Shown piece by piece: positions 25,705 to 38,422 of a stretch of 64,000 nucleotides of DNA. Position 1 is the first letter of the stretch, and every line of letters begins with the position of its first letter. The notes under the pieces were generated by a model, which saw nothing but the letters and a program-made list of their open reading frames with translations, did not search any database and had not been told where the DNA came from. Origin of the DNA: Hypanus sabinus (lineage: Eukaryota). Both the position numbers and the translations under genes were made by a program. The stretch covers positions 434,001-498,000 of the forward strand of contig NW_026780455.1 in NCBI RefSeq assembly GCF_030144855.1, read 5' to 3'.

Positions 25705-26284
25705 GCATTAAATAACGTTTTGTGAAGTACCATCCCATGTCCCAACCTTTCTGTGTCACTGTTCCTCTCGTTCTCGCTTTCACTGTCTCTCTCCGTCTCT
25801 GTCTATCTCTCTCTCTGTCTCACCAGCTTTTCGTGATTTTTCTGAACACAGCACCGACTTACCTTCCTATCGGCGACATGGGCCCGCTTTGGTTCTGCTT
25901 TCTCCGTTACCTCATTGTCTTCGATTTCCTCCCATAGTGGAAAAACGTAAGCTTCGATTAATCCGATGGTCACGTGGGGAAATTGTCGTGTGTGGGTCCG
26001 TTGAGCTGGTAGGATTGCTGTATCGCTAAAGAAAGTAAATGAGAACAAATTATCTAGGAATTTTAAAAGGAACTACTTTAGAATTAATATAAATACGTCA
26101 TCACTTCTTCCAGTAGACAAAAGCACGCCATTCCTGGATCTGTCAGTGTGACACAATCGTGGACGACGTGAGCCCAATATACAACCTGTGCTGCCACCTC
26201 GAGGAAGAAAGATGTACTTCAGTACAGCCGAGGAAACAGAGTCGGGGATCAGTCTAACCTCCATCGTCCAAGTTGGGGTACTGA

Positions 26285-26545
26285 TTTGTAAAGGAATTCC
26301 ACCTCCTGAAGCGCGGTACTACAAGCGCAGAAGAGGACGGCCGTTTAAGACGGCGAAGGCTCATTTCCAGTGACAAGCACGTATCGCTGGACATCTTGGC
26401 CGTGCATCCGACAGGCGAGCAGGTGCTGATGGAGACTTGCCCAGCGGAGTTGATCAAGAGATCCAGTGCCCACAGATTCTCTACCAGTACCAGCGTGCAG
26501 GCGAGGTGCGTCTTCTTCCCGCCAGCTCCAATCCCGGGGTAAGAA
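26285..26545 (-). pseudogene. TRBV: Decayed TCR Vbeta-like relic (EQSP family)
   Basis: Remnants CTCGCCTGCACG (LACT), TGGTAC, DLLINSAGQ and GCCGTCCTCTTCTGCGCTTGTAGT (AV.FCACS). CDR1 deleted, heptamer destroyed. Confidence 0.7.
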
Positions 26546-27999
26546 TGGATTGCGTGAGTAGCGAAAGGCCACTATTTGCATTTTGGTCCGAAAAGGGTAT
26601 TCAGCTGTCGAATCAACTGAGAGGTCGACCCTCCCATTCCCGTCAACACTCCCCTCTCTACGCCTATCTCGATCTCCATTACCTTCCTCCTCCTTTACAT
26701 ACATCCCTGTCCTTGCCATTCCCTCTATCCCCTACAACCCTCGGCAAATCGGTAATCTCTCCCTCCCCTACATGGCCCCCGTCGTTGTGAACTCCCCCTG
26801 CTCTACACTCCTCTCCATCTCCGTCAGACCCTCACTCTCTTACATAGGCCTCGTTTCTGTTATTTTCCCTCCCCTATATCCCTCCCCGAATCCGTGATCC
26901 CCTCCTACACCGACGGTCACACCGGCTTCCATGACCGGCTCCCTCAACATTACCTTGTCTGCTACTTTTGTTTTCCAGTGTCTGCAGAATCTGTTCTATC
27001 GAAAGGGAAAGGTTTAGCAGGAGGAGGAAAATGCGATGACGCTTCTCTACACATTGGAAGGGGCTGATGCAATTACAGTTACAATGCGGAGTATGGGTTA
27101 CAATTACAGTTACAATCCGGGGCAGCATGGTTGACGTGACGCTATGACATCGCCAGCGAGCCGGGTTCAGTTCTATAAGGAGTTCCTGCGTTCTACACTG
27201 GATCGCGTAAATTTCATGCGTGTGCTAAGGTTTCATCCCACATTCCGAAGACATAAAGGGTAGTGGGTTATTTGGTCACCTGGGTCTAATTGTACGATGT
27301 TGAGTCACTCTGCTGAATCTGTAAAAAAGTCTCTGAGATGGGGAAGGATTAGAGAGATAACGCTTTCAGACTGAAAGTATAGCTTCGTGGTGAAATGGCG
27401 AAAATTTAAGAGTAACTTGTTCAGACAGAGAGCGGTATGTACATGGAATTAGCTAAAAATACCACAGCTTTTAGAACAATCACACCGGAATTTCCCAGCA
27501 GGTCGGGCAGCGTCCACAGACAGTGGAACAATATTAGCTCTTACTTGTAAAGTAAATAAAATGAGAAAGAATTGAATTGAATTGAATTGACTGTATTTCT
27601 ACATCGTTCACCAAAATGAGGAATAAAAATCTTTCCATTACGTCTCCATCCAAGTATGCAACGTGTATTCATAGTAATTTATAATAAACAGAACGGTATA
27701 TGTAACATAGAGTACACTCAATTAATCATTCTGACGGCCTGGTGGAAGAAGCTGCCCCGCATCCTGTTGGTACCACTTCCAGGACGGGGGCAGTTGGAAT
27801 AGATTGTGGTTGGGGTGGCCGTCCTTGTTAATGTCCTCAATCATGGGAAGTTCACAACCAGAGATGCGCTGAGCTGCTCTCATCACACTCTGCAGAGTCC
27901 TGCAATTAAGGGAGGTACAGTTCCCATCCCAGGCAGTGGTGCAGTCGGTCAGCATGCTGTTAATTGTGCCCCTGTAGAAAGTTGGTAGGATTTGGAGGC

Positions 28000-29050
28000 C
28001 CAAACAAAAATTTTGCATCCGACTGAGGATCAGAGAGGTCTTGGGGTTCGAGTCCAGAGGACGCTCAAATGTACTGTGCAGGTTGACCCTGTGGTGAAGA
28101 AGGTGTACTGTGTATTGGCCTTCACCAATCGTGGGATTGAGTTTAACAGCCAGATGTGATGATGCAGTTATATAGGAATCTGGTCAGACATGTCTAATGA
28201 GAATAAGCTCATAGATCCTTAAAAGTGGCTGTGCAGGTCTTTATGATGGTTAAGAAGCATTATGGAATGCCTGCTATTAATAGTCAAGGCACTGACCAAA
28301 TGTCAAGATGTTATGTTGCAACTTTACAGAAATCTCGTTAATCTGCTGTTTGAGAATTACAGAAAGCTCTGGCCACCGCACAACAGGAAGAAAGCTGAAT
28401 AGTGGAAAGGGTTCATAGGAGATTCACTAGGATTCTGACAGCTTTAGAGGGCATGTGCAATCATGGGAAGCTGGGGAAACTTTGTTGTTTTCGCAGGAGC
28501 AGCGCAGGCTGAGGGGAGATTTGATACAACATAAGACCATAAGATATAGGATCAGAAATAGCCCATTTGGCCCATTGATTCTGCTCCGCCATTCAAGCAT
28601 GGGGTCATCCAATTCTTCCAATCGTCCCCACTCCTCTGCCTTCTCTCATTACTCTTTGATATCTACCTAATCAAGAACCTATCTATCTCTGCCTGAACTG
28701 CATTCAATGACTTGGCCTCCACAGGCGCTCGTGCCATGACATTCGACAGATTTTACCGCCTTCTGACTGAAGTAATTTCTCCGCATCTCAATTCTAAAAG
28801 GATGTCCTTCAAGCCTCATTCTCCTAGAATCCCCTACCTTGGAAAATACCTTTCATATCCACTTTGTTCAGGCCTTTTAACATTCCTAATGGTTCTATGA
28901 TACGCACCACCCTCCTTCTCTTGAACTCCAGGGAATGCAGCCCAACAGCTGTCAAACGTTCCTCATTCCGCAACACTTGCGTTCCTGGAAGCAAACTCGT
29001 CAATCTTCTGTAATCCTTCCCCAATGAAGGTTCATAAGATTATGAAAGGT
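28000..29050. mobile_element. Two decayed CR1 fragments in opposite orientations
   Basis: Stop-ridden CR1 ORF2 C-terminal remnants; + strand at about 28000-28500, - strand at about 28530-29050. Confidence 0.55.
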
Positions 29051-29849
29051 GCAGACATGCAGAATATTTCCCCCAAGATTTAAGTAGGAGACCAGCGTTA
29101 TTTTTATTTTACTCAGAGAATCAACAGATGTAATATTAGGGATGCCTAACTAATTCACTTGTTTGGTCATGTTCGAGCCTTAGAGAATACTGGAAAGATG
29201 TATACTAAACTTTTTCTGTACTTTTTGTTTATAAAGTTAATTTTAAGCCATATCTTTTGATGCCCCATTTGGAATTGTTGAGGAAAGAGTATAATGTTGG
29301 AGCCTTCTCATTTGCGGGCACTGGTTATTATTTCTCTAACAGCTAGGATGGCGATCTTGCTTAAATGGAAGGAGGTTACCCCCCCTCCCCCTGACGCCAG
29401 ACACACACACACACACACACACATGCTTAATGGTTAATCAATGTTTTGTCATGGTTAAATTTAGAGAAGATTCGTTGTTAGATTTCTGATTCTAACCAAT
29501 AATTTCAAACATCTATGGGGAACATTTCTGTACTATTTTAATAATCTTTGAATTGTTATTGTTATTAAAATATAGATCTGGGCTATTATTACAAAACTCT
29601 ATGTGGGAATGAATTTTTTCTCTTGCTTTTTTTTTGAAAAAACAACTTTGTCTCGGTAGTGGTGTTATTTTTTTCATAATATAATTAACTATATTGTTAT
29701 TGTATTTCATAATTCAATTTATTTTATTTGATTGATCATGATTAATGATTGCATCAGAGTTATTTATATATCGTGTATTTAGTTCTATCTTATTTTGATT
29801 TATAATAAGCATACTTATGAATTCTGTATGTATACGGAATTTAATAAAA

Positions 29850-31390
29850 TATTGGAAAGAGAATCAAGGATGGCAGGATTGCCCTGTCTGGTCTGGTGGG
29901 AGAGGCAAATACTTTAGAGCCTTTTATGGGACGTTTCGACAGAAGTTCGAATGTGAGAAAGAAGGAGGGACGTGAACATGAATATCTGACAGGGTACAAG
30001 GCCTAGAGCTCCTCTCAAAACATTGCATTTAGCAAAATAAAAGCGGGGATGGGGCCTACCTACTCTTATAGATTATTATTTTGCAGCACAGTTGAGAGCT
30101 GTGATATGTTAGCGTAGCCCATCATATGACGCTCAATGAAAAAACATTGAGGAGCGGGTACTTCCCATCCTCATACAAGTAATGTTGGCTGATATCAACC
30201 TGCAAAGGTACATAAATACTATTGATAACCCATGGGTGAAATTGACTCTTAAAATATGGAAAACTACTATAAAAGAATATAATCTAGAGGGAGATATTGC
30301 AATTCTTAAATGGTGTGCATATGACTCGGACTTTATACCAAATAAATTGGATGTTAGATTTAAGGACTGAGCAGCTAAAGGAATAACAGCTTAAAGAGAA
30401 ATACTTACTAGATAAACAAGATTTTTATCGGTATCTACAGAATATGTTAATAAAAAGCTTAAAAATATAACCAAGGTAAATACATGCCTGATAAAGCTTT
30501 TTAGAAAAGCATATAATTCAGATAATGGTTGTAGAATAATTTCAAGCATTTAGAAGTAGTTGTCAAATCTTAAAACACATTCGACTTCATAGATTAAAAC
30601 ATCATGGAAGAAGGAAGGTGGGATAACGATATCTGAGGACGAATCGGCAACAACATGGAGATATCAATGAAAGTGTACCAGTTCACTGAAACGGAGAGAG
30701 ATCGGATGGAAAAACTTATTACACCCTCTCAGAAATCCCATTATGATAGAACCTCTCTGTTTGCTGGAGAAATTGTGGAAATCAAAATGCAAATCATTAT
30801 CATATTTTTTGGGACTGCCTTGTTATCAAAAAGTATTGGAGGGGGATGCACAATGCCCTACAAGACATCTTTAAATGTGAAATACTCTTAGAGAATAAGA
30901 CCATATATTTTGGGTATATACCTCAAGAATGTTTGAAAAGAGATAATTATTTAATGAAAATACTGTTGGTGGCTGGGAAAAAGATTCTTACAAGGAAATG
31001 GGTATCACAGGAGAGCCCAACTTTAAATACATGGATGGAAATTACAACGGTCATGTACAAAATGGAGAAGATAACGGCATCTGTAAACCATAAGCTTGAA
31101 CAATTTGATTCATATTACATAATGTCTCAGAGGCCTGATTTTATTCTCCCAAATCGGTGAATCTGTTGTAATAAAAAAATGATCACTCCCTACTCGTGCA
31201 TAGTTCTTTCGTTTTGCTTGTTTTTTCCCACTCTTTTCTATATGTGTATACGTCAGATAAACAGTTTGTGGAGATTTGTGATATATATGATTATATGATA
31301 TATATGTACAATGTCTGAAATACATTTTAAAGAAATGTTTGTGTGATGATGAACTTCGATGAAAAATAAACTACAAAAAAAAAAAATAAA
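29850..31390 (+). mobile_element. L1/Tx1-type LINE ORF2 3' fragment with poly(A) tail
   Basis: WVKLTLKIWK...DSDFIPNKLDVRFKD; KILTRKWVSQESPTLNTWMEI...YKMEKIT; A-rich tail at about 31360-31390. Confidence 0.75.
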
Positions 31391-32532
31391 TATGTAAGAG
31401 AGATTCGTTTTTCGGTGTTTCTGATTTGCTTTTTAGCGGGTGAGTCTCAGAACTGCAGACCGAGGTGTCTGTTTCTGTCCTGTATGGTCCTGTACAAAGC
31501 GGTAAATTACGTTGTGCAAATCGGAAACTGTTAGTTTTCCGGAAAAATACAGAGGCAACACACGCAGCTGAATTCTGTAGTTGTCAGGGGTTCGCGGTCA
31601 CGAAACCGTTGCAAGGCGACACCTGTGCTTTGCAGGTTTTTGAGCGAAGGGAGAGACGCCTCGGAGTTTCCGCATCAAGAATCACTTGGCCACATTTGGT
31701 CTCGGTGCTGGCAATTATCGCAGAAATTTAGAACATTTACCAGAAGGATACGAGGCTGAGTGTGTTCGGACATTTCCGGGAGACTTTTCCTGCTCTCAAT
31801 CTTATGGAATAAAAATAGGAGAACTGATTGCCCAGACAAAGCTGGTGATGACGCGCGAGATGAACAACGAGTTTGTTTCACCAGNNNNNNNNNNNNNNNN
31901 NNNNNNNNNNNNNNNNNNNNNNNNNNNNNNNNNNNNNNNNNNNNNNNNNNNNNNNNNNNNNNNNNNNNNNNNNNNNNNNNNNNNNNNNNNNNNNNNNNNN
32001 NNNNNNNNNNNNNNNNNNNNNNGCATTCAAACATGCAAAACAAACAGATAGATACATATATACATACTTAAATATATCGATCGTCAGAGCGACGTTGATG
32101 AATAGGTAGATTGATAAAAGGAGTGGCGAGCACTTAGATAAGGAGATAGGCAAACAGACACGAAGATATTTGAAGATATTCCGAACATAATCCACTACGC
32201 AGGCGCACTAAGAGACAAATGGAAGTTGGAAGTAAATGGAGACGGATAGGTGAACAAACTGGCAGAAAGGAGGATGACAGTGGAAGGCCTGAAGGTGGAA
32301 AAAGTAAAAAAAGAGAAAGTTGTAGAGATGAGTGAAGATATGCAATTACAAGCGATGCGTGAGCATGGAAAAGCGATAGGAACAGATAAAGTGGATGAGA
32401 GGAAAGATAAGAAGTTGCGAGAGAATATATAAAAAGGTGAGGATGGAAAGCCCAGAGCGATAGTGAGTGACCGTGAGAAAGATAAAGTGTAGAAACATGA
32501 ATGAAATCAGCCCCGCTTTATGAAACAGTCAC

Positions 32533-32569
32533 CATGAAATAAAGACATCATCCCCAGGAAGAGAAACAT
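32533..32569 (-). other. Orphan TCR V leader exon (MFLFLGMMSLFH). V exon in the gap 31885-32022 or decayed at about 31500-31884
   Basis: ATG, 12 codons + G|gtgact. Same 37-nt length and MF...H pattern as leaders at 19877-19913, 47662-47698 and 56348-56384. Confidence 0.65.
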
Positions 32570-33843
32570 GACTATCTGGATGTTTCCCTGTTGCTAGTGA
32601 CAGCGCCGAGGAGGGGTACGGGCTTTCAAATTAGTTTACCTTGCCCAACCGACTGTACACCAGGAGTCAGTATCCACGCCCCCTCTCGATGATTGGCGGT
32701 TCATCCTGCGCTGATTCGGCAAGCAGTTCCGCCCAAAATCTCTCATTGATCGAAGCAAACAAACTCCGCCCACAACCAGTAGGTGGTGAAAGGGGATGTA
32801 TTCGTCACAGGGACAGCAACACCATCTCGTAAAAGCCCTGCGGTGAAATAAAATGTTAGAAGATTGATTGGTGAAGGACATACATGATTGGACAATGGAG
32901 AGTCTGATAGGTGAGGACAGAAGAAAGAAAAGGGTGAGGAACACCAGTGGGAGGTGAACGGAGAGATGGTGAGAGGGAAATGAGAAAGATGAATATGAAA
33001 GAGGGGCATTAGCGGATTGAATGAGGCAGTCAGAAATTCTACTGACTGAGGAAAGATAAATGAGAGATGGGCAGATATCGTGAGAAAGTGACAAGTCAGG
33101 CTTCATGATTCCCTCATTTTAACTGATATTAGTACGTTTCGATGGGCAGAATGGACTGCCGTTCCCGGCTTAGGGTGTAGTCCCTAACGAATTCCGTGTT
33201 CCAACAGCACCCTCTGTCGCACACATTCTTAATGGTAGTATACGTGGGGACGTGGTTGATTGGTTGATTCCTTCATTCCCCATTTTTCCATGGTTCATTT
33301 TCATATCGGTTCGGATATAATATTAGAAACTGAACAAGCAAGAACAACTTAATGGATTCAACATAAAGGTACCGAGCAGCAATCATGTCCGTAAATCTAA
33401 AAGTCGTAGATCTGAGTTGAAGGTGAGTGGTGCTCAAGGGGCCTTTAAAATGATCGGTTTTAAAAAGATTAATAAAAAACGGTGGGTGGCGCACATTAAC
33501 TTACCAGCGTCGGAATGACATGTGGACCGTTGCATGGAAAGGGAAGGTTTTGAGAAAAACGCGCTAACCTCAGGCTGACACGACGGGCTTCGGTTGGAGA
33601 GTTGGCCTGCGTAGAGCAACGTGACCGAGGGGCGGCATCTTCACAGCCTGGAACATGACTCCGTGCAATTGCCATTTCCGTCCGGAGTAGACGATCAGAC
33701 AATGATGTCGTAAGCAGGAGATCAATTGGCAAATGGGGTACGGACAGTCTCGACGTCATATCCGGGAGCACCTTCGACCGAGAGAGCTCAGTTGAAGAAG
33801 CGAACAGGGCGCATTTGCTATCGAACCGCGCTGCAGAATCGCG

Positions 33844-34351
33844 ATGCATTTCCCTCCGGACGTGACTATTGTCTGTCTAACTTTATCCCTGACACTCCTG
33901 CAGAATTGTGAGTTTTTAGTTTGATCAATTATTTTCTCACACCGGGTCGAACCGGCCGATTCAAGGACGATCCCAATTCATATTAAAAATGGCGCACATT
34001 ATTCTATTGTCATCCACTTGAAAATGAAAGCCATACTCTTGCAATTTAATGCAGGTTTGTCGGCTGCACCAACAGTGGTCCAGATGCCTACCGCGGCCTC
34101 TATTGGGCCAGGAGAACAGTTCAGTTTTCAGTGCAGTTTGGAGGGAGGCAGCATGGGCAGCTACAACATGTTCTGGTACCGGCAAGTGGATACGAGTCTG
34201 GAGCAGGTCTGCAATGAGTACGGATCATGCGAGGCACTCTTTAAACTGCGGTTCGCCACCAAGCTCGAAGCTGCACAGAACCGCTTCACTCTGCAGCTCA
34301 GCAGCTGCGAGGAGACGAACTCGGCGACCGACTTCTGCGCAGCAAGGCTCG
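33844..34351 (+). CDS. Second-family (TRDV2-like) V segment, open. Leader 33844-33907, V exon 34055-34351; F-strand motif altered
   Basis: Leader MHFPPDVTIVCLTLSLTLLQN T|gtgagt; acceptor aatgcag|GT TTG TCG. V: LSAAPTVVQMPTAASIGPGEQFSFQCSLEGGSMGSYNMFWYRQ...VCNEYGSCEALFKLRF...NRFTLQLSSCEETNSATDFCAARL. DxAxYxC reads NSATDFC. Confidence 0.8.
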
Positions 34352-34390
34352 CACAGCGGCGCACGTCTACGGCCGCCTCAGACAAAAACC
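34352..34390 (+). promoter_or_regulatory. 23-RSS (CACAGCG-23-ACAAAAACC)
   Basis: Consensus nonamer, one-mismatch heptamer, 23-nt spacer. Confidence 0.95.
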
Positions 34391-35582
34391 TGCCAGTGAT
34401 TCGGAGAACAGTCAGCCCATCGAAGCCCCTTGCCATCCGCTTCCTCTGCGTCCGTCGAACTCGCCTCCAAGTAAAATTTTTCTGTCGAACTCCCCTCACA
34501 CGCACGTCCGCCCACAGTTAATTTGCGTGAAACGCTCCCGGCACAAAGCTGAATCCATTATCAAGGCCTGCCCATTACTCCCCATTACAGCTGGTTCCAC
34601 AACAACACTAGGTACCGATTGACTAACTTTCAGGGANNNNNNNNNNNNNNNNNNNNNNNNNNNNNNNNNNNNNNNNNNNNNNNNNNNNNNNNNNNNNNNN
34701 NNNNNNNNNNNNNNNNNNNNNNNNNNNNNNNNNNNNNNNNNNNNNNNNNNNNNNNNNNNNNNNNNNNNNNNNNNNNNNNNNTCCGAGCAGAATGCGCCTA
34801 TTTGTTCCAGCGAGCCTATTCCGCCATTTCATCATGGTTAATCCAATTTTCTTTTCCAGCCCCAATCTCCGGCTTTCTCCTCTTATCCAGTCACGCCCGA
34901 AACAAGAATCTATCAAAGGTTGCCTTGAATGATTCAGAAGATTCGTCACATTCTGTCTGAATAAATTCCTCCTCACCTCCCTTCTACTTTGACACTGAGT
35001 TCCCTGGTCTAAGATTGTCGCACCTTTGGAAACATACTCTCCATGTTCCCTCTATCTAGGCGTTTCCCCATTGGGTAGTTTTCAATCAGATTATTCCTCA
35101 TTCTTTTGAATTCCTATGAATACAGGCCCAAAGAAAACAAACTCACTTTATATGACAAACCTTTTATTTTTTGAATCATTTTCGTGAAAGTCCTTTAAAA
35201 CCTTTCCAGTTTCAACAGGTTTTTTTCTTCTAAAACAGGGTACGGACAACTGCACACCATACACCAAATGATGCCTCGCCAGCACTTCACGAAGCCGCGA
35301 CATTATATGCTGCTATTTACAGTCTTGTACTCTTGAAATAAATGCTATCGTCGCATGTGGCTCCATGAGCACAGAATGCACCTAAATGAAATATTAATGA
35401 ATCCTGCACAATGCCTTTTACGCCTCAGTTTTTGGCATGTCCTCTCCATTTAGAAAGAAGTCTGCAATATTATTTATTCCGTCAAAATGCATGGCCAAAC
35501 ACATACCGATACTGTTCCACATCTTCGGCTTCTCTGTCCACTCTTCTAGTCCTGTCCTTTGGTAGCCTCTCTATTTCTTGCA

Positions 35583-35980
35583 GTATAGGAAACATCCTCT
35601 CCACATACACTCTATCTGTGTCTTCTGGTCTTAGATTCCCCCACTATAGGAAACATCCTCACCATATCCACTCTATCTGTGTCCTCTGGTCCAAAACTCC
35701 CCCACTACAGGATACATCCTCTCCACATCCACTCTATCTGTGTCTTCTGGTCCTCGACTCCCCCACTACAGGAAACATCCTCTCCACATCCACTCTATCT
35801 GTGTCTTCTGGTCCTAGTCTCCCCCACTACAGGAAACATCCTCTCCACATCCACTCTCTCTGTGTCTTCTGGTCCTGGACTCCCCCACTACAAGAAACAT
35901 CCTCTCCACATCCACTCTATCTGTGTATTCTTGTCCTAGACTCCCCCACTACAGGAAACATCCTCTCCACATCCACTCTA
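35583..35980. repeat. 61-bp minisatellite, about 6.5 copies
   Basis: Unit ccccactacaggaaacatcctctccacatccactctatctgtgtcttctggtcctagact shifts one base per 60-nt line. Confidence 0.9.
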
Positions 35981-37030
35981 ACTAGATCGTTCACTATTGG
36001 GTAGGTTTCAATTAGATCCCCCTCATTCATATAAACTCCAGCAAGTACAGGCCCAGAGCTATCAAACGCTCTTCATAGGTTCATCCGATCATTCCTTGCA
36101 TTATTGTCATCAATCTCCTCTGAACCCTCTCCAATGTCGACACATCCTATCTAAGATCAGGAACCCAAACTGCTCACAATACTCCACGGGAGGCCTCACC
36201 AGTGCTTTATAAAGCCTCAACATCACATATTTGCTTTTCTGTTCTAGTCCTCTTGACAGGCATGCTAACACTGCGTTTGTCGTCCTCAACACCAACTCAA
36301 TTTGTAAATTAACCTTGAGGGGATCCTGTACGAGGAATCTGCATTCCAATTGCACCTCGAATCTTTGCATTCTCTGTCCACTTAGAAAATAGACAATGTT
36401 CTTATTCCTGCTACCAAAGCGCATGACCGTACATTTGCCGACAATGTATTTCCTCTGCCACTTCTTTGCCCATTCTCATAATCTGTAACCTCTTTAGTTA
36501 CTCAAAACTACCGCCCTCCACCTATCTTCTGCAAACGTTGCAACGAAGCCATCATTTAATTTGCACATAACGTTAAATGTATCGATCCAAACATAGACCC
36601 CTGTAGACCAACACTAGTTACCGGCGGTTAGACAGTGATGTTTCCCTTCATTTCTATCTGTTATTTCCTGCCAATATTACATCATTCAGCTGGAACATTT
36701 CCTGTAAGATCACGGGCTCGTAACCTGTTAAGCAGCTTCGTGCGTGGCGCCTTGTCAGAATCCAAATTCACAACATGAGCAGATTTTCCTTTTTGCAATC
36801 CTGCTTGTTATTTCTTTAGGAATTCATTAATCAAAGGTTTTCGGGCGAAGTTATCCCTTGAGGAAGCCATGCTGACTACGTCCTATTTTATCAGATTCCC
36901 CCAACGACACTGACACCTCATCCTGAAGAACTGACCGCAAATTCTTCCCAGCAATGAAGATCAGTCTAACCGGCCTCCAGTTAGGCCTCCAGTTAACCTT
37001 CTGTCTCTCCCCCTTCCTGAGGAGTGGAGT
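35981..37030 (-). mobile_element. Decayed CR1 reverse transcriptase fragments
   Basis: RLYKALVRPPVEYCEQF; VTPLLRKGERQKVNWRPNWRPVRL...HGFLKG. Confidence 0.7.
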
Positions 37031-38422
37031 GACGTTTACTCCGTGAATGCTCGGCAGTTTTGAGGGACGGGGGAGTCTCGGTGCACAAGTGTAGGACATT
37101 TAATATATTATCGACGTATTTGTTATTCTAATGTACTTGCACAGGTTGTCTTCTTTTACACACCTGTTGTCAATGTTTGGTGGTGTGTAGTATTTGATTG
37201 AATCTACCTTATTTCCCTGTGCTTCCGAGAATGCCGGCAGGAAAATAAATCGCAGATTTTACCCGGTGAGACATACGTAAGCTGATAGAAGATTTACTTT
37301 GAACTTTAAATGTTGGGTCTGCTAGGTCGGAGGAGCTTTCGGCGATGCCGTCGACCTTTGCCCATAGCAAATTTCTCTAAATCATTTCCTCAGTTTTGAT
37401 CCGACTCAGTGAGAACCTTACCTTCAGGCACTGGTAATTCATAAAACAGTGGGCGACAGTAAAAGGATTTCTTTCGAAAATGATGCGCTGGCCCTTTAAA
37501 CTACTGCATGATCACGCCAATCCTGCTGTAATCTCGAACAGAGATGTAATTTCATTCCAGTGTTTGAACATGCAATCAAAATGTCAAAGCTACTAAACGG
37601 GGCAAATTAACCCCCGACATTCTTTATAACATTAAACACCGCCCTCCCACCTACTATTATCTGGTTCCACATAAGTGGCCTGGCACCCGCATCTGCCTCC
37701 ACTTTATGCAAAGCCCGGCGTTTGCCCTTCCTGTCTTTTTAATCACGTGCACTCATACCTTTGCATTACGCATCATGCAGCTGTCAATCAAATGACGAAG
37801 TGAGCTGCAGGGGAGGTCACAGCGGTGTTGGGAGAATCGCTCCGCACGCCCCGTTCTGGATGTTCCGTTCACTGCGAGAAAGACACCGTGTGAAGGTGTA
37901 GCTTTTTCTCGGGCTGATGGTCGGGTCTTTGTGTAGGGGACACTTTTATTAAATTCTTTTTGCAATCAGTTTGAATGGACGTGTAATTCCCTTTAACCTC
38001 CCACTCCCTTGAAATCTTTATTCTCCTTGTTATCTATTTCCTTTATTTTGCATGTCTCTCTTAATTTCTTCACCCACGCTCCCGCCTGTTGCCCATTGTT
38101 CCGATCTGTGTTCACTCTTTTTGTTCCGTTCCGATTTCTAGTTACTAGAGGAACTGGAAACTCAATTGCCACGTTTAAATGACGTTTATTTATCTTTGCT
38201 TTTAACGAACGCCATTTTGATTTTTTTTTTTTGTTTGCAGGCTTTCCCACTGTAAAGTGCTTTATTTAATTCACTGGACTCCCACCGTTCTTCCAACACG
38301 CTTCTGCAGTTTCGCCATCTCGGATTAAATTCACTTCTACGCCGCTTCCGGCCACGTGCCGCCATCTGCTACAGGTTGTTCGCGGATTCTGTTGAGCTCA
38401 GCCGGTTCAACGTCTCACTGCG

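Noticed and set aside
33490-33545. ATG...G|gtaagt on the minus strand as another leader
   Set aside because: MQRSTCHSDA is not hydrophobic and resembles no leader here.
35583-35980. Regular repeat array as CRISPR
   Set aside because: Eukaryotic DNA, head-to-tail units with no unique spacers.
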